A stretch of 64,000 bases of DNA from the NCBI RefSeq assembly GCF_031769215.1, contig NW_026782116.1, positions 1,116,001 through 1,180,000 on the forward strand, written 5' to 3'. A model generated the notes under the pieces. That model was not told the DNA's origin. It worked only from the letters and a program-made list of their open reading frames with translations, and ran no database searches. A program made the position numbers and the translations under genes. This document shows, one piece after another, positions 48,501-60,700 of the stretch. The first letter of the stretch is position 1, and every line of letters begins with the position of its first letter. The stretch is from Ylistrum balloti. Lineage: Eukaryota.

Positions 48501-50129
48501 AAACATGGCATCGATATCATCTTGTAGATAAAGGACATGCTTTCTATCCTTGTTTGTGAAAATGGCGATTCCTTTCCACAATTGTCGTTTGCATGCTGAC
48601 CCTGGCGCAGGTCGCTTAATTCCCCGACTTTTTATAGGGCAGGAGTGCTGACTTTAATCGACTCCAAATCGATTTTAAAAAAATCAATAAGACCTCAGAA
48701 TATTTCAGACTACAAATAAAATAGCAGTAGAACGATACAGCCGTCCCCAACACTAAAGCTGGGATTTACCAACCATTTTACAGTTGAACGAAAAAGCGAA
48801 CAAATATTCTATTTCTGGTTAAGTGTTTTTGTACTGTACATGCCAAGCGTCTGCGAAAAAATGTAGCGAAATCCGTATCCGTGAAATTGGATAGAATATT
48901 AGGGAGTCTGACATTGCAATTATTCTGCCAAGAGACCGACAATAAAATGACGTCCAGTTAAATTTAATCTGACATTTCACTGACAATTTATCGTGTATGC
49001 CCAGACAACTGACCTTTTGAAGAGATCGGCCGTGATAAGTATCCGTTATCTAAGAAACAGATAACCGACCGACATTTGTCTAGTGATCCAGGACAACTGT
49101 CAATCATACCCAGAGTTGTGGACATAAAAACGAGATGATGGAAGTTTCATGGATTGAACTCGGTTCTGCACAAACGAGAATCCGAATTAGCAATCGGATC
49201 AAAATTACAGGCTGTCAAGATCTTCAGGTTATGATGTTAAGGCCCGGAATATTTTTCGGTATTTCCGGTTGCCATTGGGATGAAGAAGAGAAGGAAGATT
49301 TGAAATATATGACTACTCCGATATCAAGGCTTGGATTACAGAATTCACCATGACGCTAATGACACATGCAAAGCAGAAGATTTGATCTTCGATAGCTCAC
49401 AAAGGGAAACATTTCTCTTCTCGAGAAAATGACTTCAGCATTCTCACTCCCCTTCGGCTTCACGCTTACCACTATAAAGAGTGAAACGAAGAGAAGTAGC
49501 TATGATATCCGAGATGGTGCCATACTGTACATAGTCGTTCGAATCCCATGTGTCCCATTCTCGATATACGAAGCGCCAATGAAATATGTTGCGTCAAAAA
49601 GTGAAAACCGATCGGTCCGATCGCGAAGACTCGCGGTTAGCTGCACAATCGCTAGGTTGAAACAATTCCTTACAGATTTCCTAGGAAGAAATTAAAAGTC
49701 GGTTAATGTTACTGGTGTGATATCAAACATGTTTCTTTTGATCTTGAACCAAAGATATCACAGGCGGAGACAGACCAAGCTATCGATTCTTTCATGACTG
49801 ACTGTAAGAGTATAGAGATGCAGCGTCGTCTAGCTGCAGTAGTCACCTTACCGGAGATGAAACAGCCCCCTCTAATGCAAACCCGACGGTCACTTTGTTC
49901 GGAAACTTTATAAAGTATCGTATAGCCGTCAGACATTGACCTAAAAAAAACAACAAAGGAGCAGACATCCCGTTATGACAGCTGTGAACTGTCACAAGAG
50001 ACTGGGAAATAGCGACTGATAAGAATTAACTATCCAACGATTGATTCAGAAAGACAAAACAAATTGTAGGGAACTTTCTGGTAAAAAGGCAAAATCGACC
50101 AAAAAAGAAGCAGCGCCATTTTCTGTATG

Positions 50130-50280
50130 AATGTTCATGCCACCGACAACGATGATAGGTGGCATATTGTTTCCTTGGTCGGTTTGCCTCTTTCTCCGTC
50201 TTTAACTTGAGATTTTTTTCCACCAGATTTGCACCAAATTTGGTTTGATGCTTGGACGAGATTGACATTAGTCAAAATCA
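50130..50280 (+). mobile_element. HINE-like 5' fragment
   Basis: TTCATGCCACCGACAACGATGATAGGTGGCATATTGTTTCC...CTCCGTC...CACCAGATTTGCACCAAATTTGG. Confidence 0.6.
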
Positions 50281-52087
50281 GTCTATACCAGCGTTATGTG
50301 ATTTTAAAGACTTTTAAAATAATTTTTTATTTTTCTTGTTAAACAACTTAAATTTTTACTGTAATATTTGAACCAAAGTTAGTATATTGCTTCATAGCTT
50401 CAAGATATCGGATTCATTTGATATTGGTCAAAATTTCTGAACATTTGTCAGTTACATGACTATAAAATTCGTGAAATCGATTATTTTTTAATTCTGTTCC
50501 AAATGGTATATTGCTTTATTTTGGTGAAGCCTCAAATGAGATCAATATTGGTCCAGCAATATTTGCCATAGCAATGGGACTTTAATAATTAAATAGTAAA
50601 ACCCATGGGTAAATACAGCAAGTCCCCCAGTTCGTTTGGCGGACTGAAATACATTTCGTTGTATTTCGTATTCCTTAGCTTGTAACGTTATGTCTCCATA
50701 CTAATCTGTACTTCATACCGTTTACGGATATGCTTTCTTATTTTGCGCATGCATTCCTATTGACGTTTCGGATACATTTGTTCATTGCACTTAAATTGAA
50801 TGCCCTAGTTTTCATGAGCGGCTTCCCCCATTGTGTCTCTCGAACATATTCACGTTTAAAATAGCTTTTCCTTCATGGATACTGAAAACAGTATTTATTA
50901 GATCTACCGCACCTTTCCAGATCTACAAAAATATTTTCACGAAGCTTAACCAAAACGACATTGCTAATGTTGCAAATGTATTGCTAAATTACATGGTAGT
51001 TCTGTGTAGTAAATTTGCGAAAAGGCCAACTTTTCATATAAATAGCAATAACGTGGAGTTTCATATTATATTTCAAAACATTTAATTGCTATGTTTTAAA
51101 TAATTTTAATTGATTATTAAAAACAGTACTTGTTTATGACCTCGATCGCGGGCGTCAAGTAGTAATGTTCACTGACTTATTTTTCTTTTTCTCTCTGAAT
51201 TGAGTACGTGTTTAACCTCGTATATTGCACTGCTTAATCAATAAGAGACATGATGAACATAGTGCTAAGTGGTGTTATTTCTAACATTGTAATTAAGGGC
51301 CATCCTACCGTGCGACAAGTCAACACAACGAACCTGCCCTTGTTCTTGTGATCCGATCATCGGCTTGCTGTTATCCTACACAATAGGAAATAGATTTACG
51401 ATTACCTGGACCGCTGCTCGAGTAAGTTAATATCGTTGAAGATAAACGAACATGCTTTATAAATATTTTGGTTTGGAAGTTGTTTTCATGCTGCATCGTT
51501 CATTATCAAGAAATCACGTGGTCAATCTAACCAGACTTCAGAACCACGCAGTAATATCGATTCATTGGTTTGATGTTGTAAATGTTTCCAATGATCCTGC
51601 TCGTCCATAGCCTGACTTTCCATTAAGTCTGATCAACGGCGGTGAAGCTTTATGAGCTTCGTTGTCGTAAACAGTGAAACATTAATGAAACGTGGTGTAT
51701 GACGTTTTTGTTGCACAGGGAGTGGAAGTTGACAGTGTCGCAGAACATTCCCAATAGGCACAGCAATGGTGGTTATTGATTGCGACAAGAACAGTCCGAC
51801 ACAGTAACTTCTCTCAGCTGATACTCGCCGTGGTCACATGTGAGGTGCAGTTGTCCGATTTACCTAGTAAGTATAACTACACACAGTCTAAGACAGACTA
51901 CGTGACGATCTTTAAGTACCGGATACGTAAGTAAGTCGCTACGTACAATAGGTAGTAGATACTCGTGCTTTCGAAGAGGCTGTACACAGATTTGCTCGCG
52001 GTGGGTGTCTCTCGGTCATTCTCGCCCCCCATTTGCTAATTCTGAGAGATTCAGAATGCGCTTGATCTGCTTCGGTCCTGAAGCTCA

Positions 52088-52157
52088 TGACGTCACGCTG
52101 AACTTATAACCGTGCGTTCCTAAGCTTGTTTAATCTCGATATAATCGCACGGTAAGT
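52088..52157 (+). promoter_or_regulatory. Candidate DDC promoter / non-coding first exon: CRE, TATA-like box, splice donor
   Basis: Perfect TGACGTCA at 52088-52095, TTATAA at 52104-52109, CG|GTAAGT donor at 52152, and acceptor TTTTGCAG at 54732 ahead of the ATG exon. Confidence 0.5.
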
Positions 52158-53129
52158 GCCAGTTAACCCAACCACGCGTGTGTGTTTGTTTTTGTCATTG
52201 AAAGCCAAACTGCCGTGGCACACGATATACAGTGCAACATTAGCAAATAGAAAAGTTTATGTATATAAATCACGAGTGAGGCAACGTGTTTTCATTATTT
52301 TGTGTACTGGAACATGATTATCTAACCACGAACTTGGTATAATGCTGGGACGTCCATGTGACTGCTGTTATGATTAACATTAATATCTTTCTGGTGTTAA
52401 TGCTGAGATTCCTGTGATAGAATCGTAAGTCCCCTAGACGTCAACATGCAACATCAGATGTAAGGGGAGACAACCAGTACTTTCACTTGAAGTTAAGGTG
52501 GTATATTTCTTCGCTGGTTAACTAATTTTTTTTTTATTTTCACAATATTGTCATTAATCTACTTACTATGACAGAAGGCTTGACATCTTCAAAGTCCAAG
52601 GCTTTTTGTAAGTTTTGTGTGATCTCGTGCCCTGGAATTTTGAGGAAGAATTCGGACATATCTTTATTGATCTCGTATAAAATACGAACTACTCGGTGGT
52701 TGGTTGTCTTCTTTTAAAGTACATTATATGTAATTGGATCTTTTTCCAGCATCAAAATTAATCTTACAGCATCAGAGTATCACAAGGGCCTTCTGTTGAC
52801 CCTTTGTTGTTTATCATTGATATGAGTCCTGAAGTTAACATTACTGTGACTGCTGCAACTTAAACTGAAGTAATAACAACAAGAAGGTCCGAACATTTAT
52901 AATGTAAACAACATATTTATAGCTAACGAATGAAAATTTGCATACTTCTATGGATGTTTACTTAATTCCATTGATTCTCATCAAGAATTTTGTGTAAACT
53001 TTGACTTCAAACTAGAATATATACTACAGGTGTATTAACATTGACGTCTGCAGTGGTATTATTCGAGAAAAAAATGTCAGAATACCATACACATGACGAC
53101 AGCAAGGCAATTAAAGCAGAAATAGTGAA

Positions 53130-54350
53130 AATTTGGTATATGTGGAATGGGTAAGGGAATGAGAACAAGGCATGAGGGTAGACATTTAATGGATGGAAAT
53201 GGGAGTAGGGATGAGGGAGTATGGAGGAAGTAGGGGAAAGTTTGAGATTGGACAGAAATTTTAGGATGGATGGAAGATATATGGATGAAAGGGGTGGTAG
53301 GAGTAGAAAAGGCTATGTGGGAGATGTGGAGTGACGAGGAATGTGGAATAGGTTGGGGATGTATGAGCGAATGTAGCATGTCGATTGTGCAGGAAAAGGT
53401 AGAAATGTGAAATAGGTTTAAGATGTGGTGCATGCTGGAGAAGTATGAGCAGACTCTAGATGTGGAATAAACTAGTGATGTGGAGCAGGTTGGGGGATGT
53501 GAAACAGACTTTGGGATGTGGAGTAGGCTAGTGATGTGGAGGACACTGAAAAAATGTGAGCAGGCAATGGATGTAGAATAGGCTGGTGATGTGGAGCAGG
53601 TTGGTGATGTGGAACAGACTGGGGACGTGGAATAAGCATTGAATGTGGAACAGGCTTGGGATGTGGAATAGTCTGAGGAATAAGCTGGTGATGTGGTACA
53701 GACCAGGGATGTGGAACAGACCGGGGATGTAGTACAGACCGGTGATATGGAACAGACTGGAGAGGTGGGAGCAGGCTGGTAACGTAGGAGCTAGATGTAT
53801 ATAAGGTGGGGAAGTGGTGAGGCTGGGATATGGAGCATGCTTGAGATGTTGAAAACCAAGTGATGTGGAGCATGTTGGAGAAATGGAGCAGGCTAGGGAT
53901 GTTGAGTAGACTGGTAAGTAGGACAGGTTGGTGATAAATCAACAAACCTGGAGATGTGAAGCATATTAGAGAAGTAGGAGCAGGCAGGGGATTGGGAGCA
54001 GACTGGAGAAGAGGAGACTGGAGAAGAGGAGCTGGCTGGGGATGTGGAGAAGGCTGGAGAAGAGGAGCTGGCTGGGGATGTGGAGAAGGCTGAAGAAAGA
54101 AAAGGCAGGTGTTGTAGCACAGACGGGGCATGTGGAGAAGGCGGAGGAGGAAAATGCAGGTGTTGTAGCACAGGCTGGGCATGTGGAGCAAACTGGAAAA
54201 TGGGACAGGCTGGTAATATTGAGCAGCCTGAGGATGTGGAATATGCTGGAGATGTTGGAGCAGCATGGAGATGGGAGGCTGGTGACGTGTAGCAAGTTTG
54301 GGCATTGTAGTGTGTTGGTGAGAGATATTGGGTGGCTGACATCTACATGA
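53130..54350. repeat. Degenerate G-rich ~18-bp minisatellite upstream of the first DDC coding exon
   Basis: Unit approximately GATGTGGAGCAGGCTGGT, with local 36-bp and 51-bp duplications and a strong purine/pyrimidine strand skew. Confidence 0.85.
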
Positions 54351-54761
54351 AGTTACAAGCACCTGCGTTCATAGTATACAGATACCTTTGAACAAAGTCA
54401 TGTTATTGGGTACTCTATATCATTGCAATGGCATATATGTATTTGATTTCGGGGCTGGTTTGACGGACCCAAAGGTTAGATGAAATATATAGATATGTGA
54501 TTTCAAAAATCTGTCTTTAATGTGCATCACTAATCACAGTCAGTAGCTGATTGGCAACCCCACTTTAAAAGGACAATTCAAACTAAGCAATATGAATCGA
54601 CTATACAACAGTACAACAGACATTGTAAAAAAGGAAGGAAAAAAATCATATGATGCTTGTTGTGATCTTCTGATTTGTGGTGAAGATCATGACTATTACA
54701 TTATAAAGAGAATTCTATAACTTTTTTTGCAGGATATTCTCAGTTAGGATAAAGACACAAG

Positions 54762-57700
54762 ATGGATGTAGGGGAGTTCCGAAAGAGAGGGAAAGAAATG
54801 GTGGACTATGTGGCAGATTACTTAGAAAATATCAGAGAACGTCGTCCATTCCCCACCGTTACTCCTGGATACCTGAGGGATTTAATTCCAGATCATGCGC
54901 CTGAGGATCCAGATAATTGGGATGATATCTTTACTGATATTGAGAGAGTCATAATGCCTGGCGTAAGTTTATTGTGAGAGGGATTTAGCCTCTGAAATAA
55001 ATTGTTACAATTATAGTGTCCTCTAATTGTGTCCAGTCTCCCTCCCTGATACATTTCAAACCTTGCTCTGCTCTGTCAATCAATTTGTTGTCTTAGTTTT
55101 ATTAAATGATGTCTGGATCTCATCTGGTGTATGTATGTGTTCAAACTGTGATTATATTTCTGCATGATGTCATAGTGTCTTTAAAATATATATGTTTAAT
55201 TACAATTCTATGTAGGTATGTGTGTTTCCATGACAACCCTACATTTATAATCACGTTCTTCATTTTTAACGTGAAATTCAGATCTCTAAATTGATGATGG
55301 TTATCTCTCCTGCTCAGGTGACCCACTGGCACTCACCACAGTTCCATTCCTTCTTTCCCACTGCCAATTCTTATCCAGCTATCATAGCGGACATTTTGTC
55401 GGATGGCATTGGATGTATCGGCTTCACATGGGTATGTATCACATCAAACATGCATTACCTATAGTACACTATTATCTCCCTTTGTAATTTCTATCATGTT
55501 TATTATCATCATCATATTTTACTTATTTACTTTATTTATGCCTGTTATAAGGAACTCTTTGTCCATCTGTCTGTTAGCTTTTAATTTTCCAGACTATAAT
55601 TCTATCAGTTCTTTAATTGGATTCATTGAACTTTTTATATATGTACATAGAATAAAAGAGTGTCATTTACTCAAATTATACTCCTCACAGCCATAAACAC
55701 AGAGTTATTGCTCTTATTAATTTTTCTTGTCAAGGTCATTACTTTGACAGGTCCTATCATAGACTTACCAAACGTGGTCCACATTTGGATGCAGATGTGT
55801 TGATGACAGAGTTATTGATCTTTTTATCACCATTCTTTATGGAGTAAAATTAGTGTCGTTGTACATGTGTGAATTATTCTATCCTGTAACAAAATTATTG
55901 ATATACTAAGAAATCAATGAGGGTGCAGCAGAACTGTGTTGTGGTTAACATATCTGTGCACTAAGTGGTATTGTGTGTTAACATTACTGACATGTAGTGT
56001 TGTATTTACAGGCATCCAGTCCAGCTTGTACAGAGCTGGAAGTGGTAGTTTTGGACTGGCTAGGTAAGATGTTAGACCTGCCCCCATCCTTCCTGTTCTC
56101 CTCCGGTGGTAAAGGAGGAGGAGTAATACAGGTAGGTACACAGGGCATTTCCATGTAGGAGCTTCTAAGTTTGAGTTTTAGCATTGTAGGGTCAAGGTCA
56201 AAATCACCATTACTATTTTTTTTAAATCCTTGCCATCAGTTACAATTTTTAAAAATTGATATAAAGAACCATAATTGATATCAGTTTAATTAAGTATTTC
56301 CAGAAATTTTAAGATTCCCATCAAAATTCTATGAGTACAGGACTGTGGATTTGGATGTAGATTTATTGCTGTCGGATGAGTTTGAGTTTCAGGTTTGTAG
56401 GTCAAGGTCACTGTTACTATTTGTTCAGACTTAAAGCAATTAGTCTTCTTCATTATTAAGTCAAGGTGGAAACATGTGAGAAATTTGTGTTGTTTGTGAT
56501 GCCTTGTGTTTGTTTTAATTTTATCTTATTCCTTCTCTGTTAATTGCTAGAATCCAAAGTGCTTAACTAAGTTGGAAGAGTTTGTTTTGACTTAATATCA
56601 TGATCGAAAGTACAATTATGGTTGATTTTGGTTCTATGTATCATAATCTTCACCAACATTTATTCTATTACCATCTGTAAACAGTATTTGCCTTGTATTT
56701 CCTGTGAAGGTGGTTCAGATATATACCACGTTAAGACAGAATGTGGGAGTAATTAATTTTTAATAATTACAGGGCACAGCCAGCGAGGCCACACTTGTCA
56801 CACTCCTGTCAGCCCGCACACAATCCTTACACAAACATAACGAATCAGGAGATGGTCATCATGATGATGGAAAGGTCCTGTCTAAACTTGTTGCCTACTG
56901 CTCTGATCAGGTGAGTCAGTGTTACTTACAGAATGCAATCTAACATGGTTGTGCCCTCTGGTATTTAGTCACTGTCTTAGGATTATCAGCAAATCATTTC
57001 ACTTGTCTCCCTGATTCATTATGGGTGCTGATTGTTGCCTTCTACCTTGTATTATATGTGCCTTTGTGATTACTTTGTTGTTGGATAAATATCTAGAATT
57101 TGCATTGCACTTAAATTTAAGTATTGAATTATGAATTTGCTTAAAAGAAATTGATGCTAATGATATTCCTATTTTCGAACTCCACGTATATCTGTCTTTC
57201 ATACTTTTATATGTAGAATAGACGTCAGGAGTAGGCACAACACGAAGAAGTTCCGGTCCAATCCACGATTTATTCGAATAAATTGTGGATTGGACCGGAA
57301 CAGCTTCGTGTTTTGACTACTCCTGACGTCTATTCTACTTATTATAGTGGGTACTCGGTATCCTTTTGGATCCACGGCTGTTCTTGGAAGGAATTTCCTG
57401 ATTTCTATGTTTGTTGGACGTTGTGTCTCCACCCCCCTGTTTTTGATACTTTTACATGTGTAAAATATAGGTGCAGTCGTAGGTTATTAGGCTTAGGTGA
57501 TGAGCTTGTACATAACATATCATATTTCATTCATTGTATTTGTGAAGCATTCACTAACTCAGAAAATACTATTACAAAATTTGATATTTCAGGCTCACTC
57601 ATCTGTAGAAAGGGCTGGACTTATTGGAGCTGTCACAATGAAGAAGTTGGAAACAGATGAGAAGGGTTCGCTAAGGGGAACAACTCTTCAACAAGCAATA

Positions 57701-60700
57701 GAAAAGGACAGAGCAGCAGGTCTTATTCCATTTTATGTAAGTATATTTTCTTGTAGCACAAGCCAGCTTGTGTTGTCATCTTGTTATTCAAACAGTCTGG
57801 CAAAACAGTTCATCATTTAGAAAAAAAAGTTCCAAAATCAATCTTCTTTATTTCTTGAATTTACCAAAGCAAACCAAACCAGATGTGAGTTATTGGCCTT
57901 GAATGCACGCAGACAGTGTAGACTTTAGATTTTATGAACAGAAAGTGACTACATGTATATTGACATTAAGATTTTAAAATGGCACTGTGTTTATTATTGT
58001 CTATGGTACTCCCCACAGCTGTGTGCCACCTTGGGAACAACCTTATCCTGTGCTTTTGACAATCTACTGGAATGTGGACCTGTGTGTAAGTCCATCTTTT
58101 CTTGATTGAGAAATCTTGATAACAAAGTTTTATGTTTTATTGCTGATAAATAATGATTTATTAACCCTTTCATTGAATTCCTTGCTTAAAACGTTTGGAT
58201 GAATAATATTTGTCCGGCTAGAAAGTATATTTATCAAAAATATTACATTTGGTTCATATTTGGTTAGGTCAGAAAGAGGGATTATGGATGCACATTGATG
58301 CAGCATATGCTGGGAGTGCTTTCATCTGTCCAGAATTTCGACCTCTGTTGAATGGTGTTGAGGTGAGTTTGATGGTTTGTTTTAATTGCACACTCCTGCT
58401 ACAAATTTGGGGCAGAGGATGTGATTTCTGATTTCAATAAAATGATTGATATCATTACTTAGTTATGCATTCTGGGAGTCCTTTTTTCATTTAATTTCTG
58501 GAAACATTATTCTGTTCTTGTCTCTGTAGAATGTCACCCTAGCTAAATAAATATTCAAATTCACTGTGAATATGTTACTTATTGCTAAAACAAGTAAAAC
58601 CCAGCCTTGAGAGAGCACAGAGTCATATCAGCCAAACAGGATTTAGTTAGAATATTTCAACCAAAAGTGAGTCCTAGCTAGTTACTTACTGCTCACAGTT
58701 ATTCCTAACATACAGGGTTTAGTTATATCTTTGTGACAAATGTCATTGGAGGTATAGGGATGTTCTGGTATGTACAGTAACATACTTAGTACCTTGTCAG
58801 CACTGCAGCTGCTTCTTTAATTCCTTAAAATAATCTTTCTGTTAATTGTTTTTATACAATAAGTTCTTTTGGGACAATTGCAATCATATATTTCTGAGTG
58901 TCTTTGTTAAGAAAGTCCTTGGATGGGACTGATTTCCAGGTCCTGAGGTCAAAAGCCAAGGTCACTATAATTGCTTTAAAACAGTTTCTACAGGCTAAAA
59001 GTTGGTTCCACTCCTATAAAATTTAGTCTTTAAAACACATAAACAATATCTTGCCTTTTAGCCCTAAGGAAACACAGAGTAATAAAGGATAAATGTTCTT
59101 GTGACTTATATCATGTGTAGTAGTGTTATTTGATCTTTTGTTATTTCATTTCAGTATGCAATGTCTTTTAATTTCAATCCACATAAATGGCTGAAAGTAA
59201 ACTTCGATTGTTCAGCATTGTGGTATGTATATTCATTGTTTACTATATCAAACTCCATAGTTATTGTCCTTACATCACTTACCATGTGGTAAAATAAAAC
59301 CTTCTGCATGTGCAGTTGAATTCCAGAATTCCAGAATGTATGAACTTGTAATTCAAAAACTAAAGTAATTTAATGCTGAAGGTGCAAAATGAAAATAATT
59401 CCTATTTACAACAGTGTTAACAAGAGCTCTGAAGTCCGTGTCCCAGATAGTCATACAAATTTTCTCTCCTTGAAGAATTTCACACCCCTGTGTTGTTTGT
59501 TTCAATTGATACAATATAAAGTGCTTTAAGACAATGATTAAAACGTTTTTCTATCTTATCATACCGGAAGTTATATGCTCAGATTAATGTTAATATTTTA
59601 ATGTTAAATAAGATGAATTTTTTGCCTTAATTAGACAATAGCCTTAGCAGCAAAGGTTTTGTAACACAAACAAGTAATGTTAATATAAGTTAAAACATTA
59701 CTCTCAAATTCAAAATAATCCATAAATTTATAGACTACTAGTTCAACACATGTGATGCTTCACATTCTTAGTTAATGCTTGTTTTGATATCAAGGGTACA
59801 GGATAGCTCCCTAATCAGTGATGCTTTCAACGTGGACCCTCTGTACCTTAAACATGAAAACCAAGGCAAGATGCCTGACTACAGGGTAGGTATTCCCCAG
59901 TAATTGGATACTCTGTATCTCAAATATGAAAACCAGGGTAAGTATACATTGGTAAATGTGTATTGTATCTACTATGTATGTATACTTTGGTAACTGTGTA
60001 CATTTGAGAATGAGGGATAATAAAAACAAGGTCAAGGATTCAAGTTATCTTACACCTGTCTGTGGCAAGACTTATTTTGATAGGGTAATAAAATTATGTT
60101 GATCAGAGTTAAACTTCTTAGCTTTTTCAGAATCACCAGACATTTAGGCTTCATAAGCTCTAACTTCCAAACTTCGTAATCTAGAGTTGATATACATTGT
60201 GGGCTACTTCTCTTTCAAATATTTATGGGTGAAGGGGAGTTATATAGTAATCACTTTGTGTGTCCTTGTGTCCATGTGTCTGAGCATTTGTGATATGATA
60301 TCTCATCACAGATAAGTTCATGTATTTATACCATAGCATCACCCCACCAATGTCTACACCTGAATAGATTTTTGTGGTCATCAATCAAGGTTAAAGGTCA
60401 AAGGTCACCCTTGACCACTTTTGCAATAAACGGTTTATGTACAAGATATCTCATTAACCCCTGAATACATTAACTGTTCAACAGATTTAGATAAGAAGAA
60501 ATGGATGAGGGGGTTAGGGATATATCTATGTGAGCCCTTACTCTTTTTCCTTTTATTGTTATTGTCCCCACCCCTTTATTTTATTGTTCTGTTATACCTT
60601 CAGTATTTTGTAACTGACCATTGCAGTAATCATAATCATACATACATGCATCTTTAGATGAAGGAGTGTTAGGTTAGGTGTCCCATGCTCCCATCCGTAC

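Noticed and set aside
49135-49936. Cluster of 70-90 aa ORFs as a DIRS/Kolobok/P2X7-like gene
   Set aside because: The best single frame has about eight stops in ~200 codons, near chance for this GC content, and no motif aligned convincingly.
50026-50268. 80-aa minus-strand ORF
   Set aside because: It overlaps the terminus of a HINE-like repeat.
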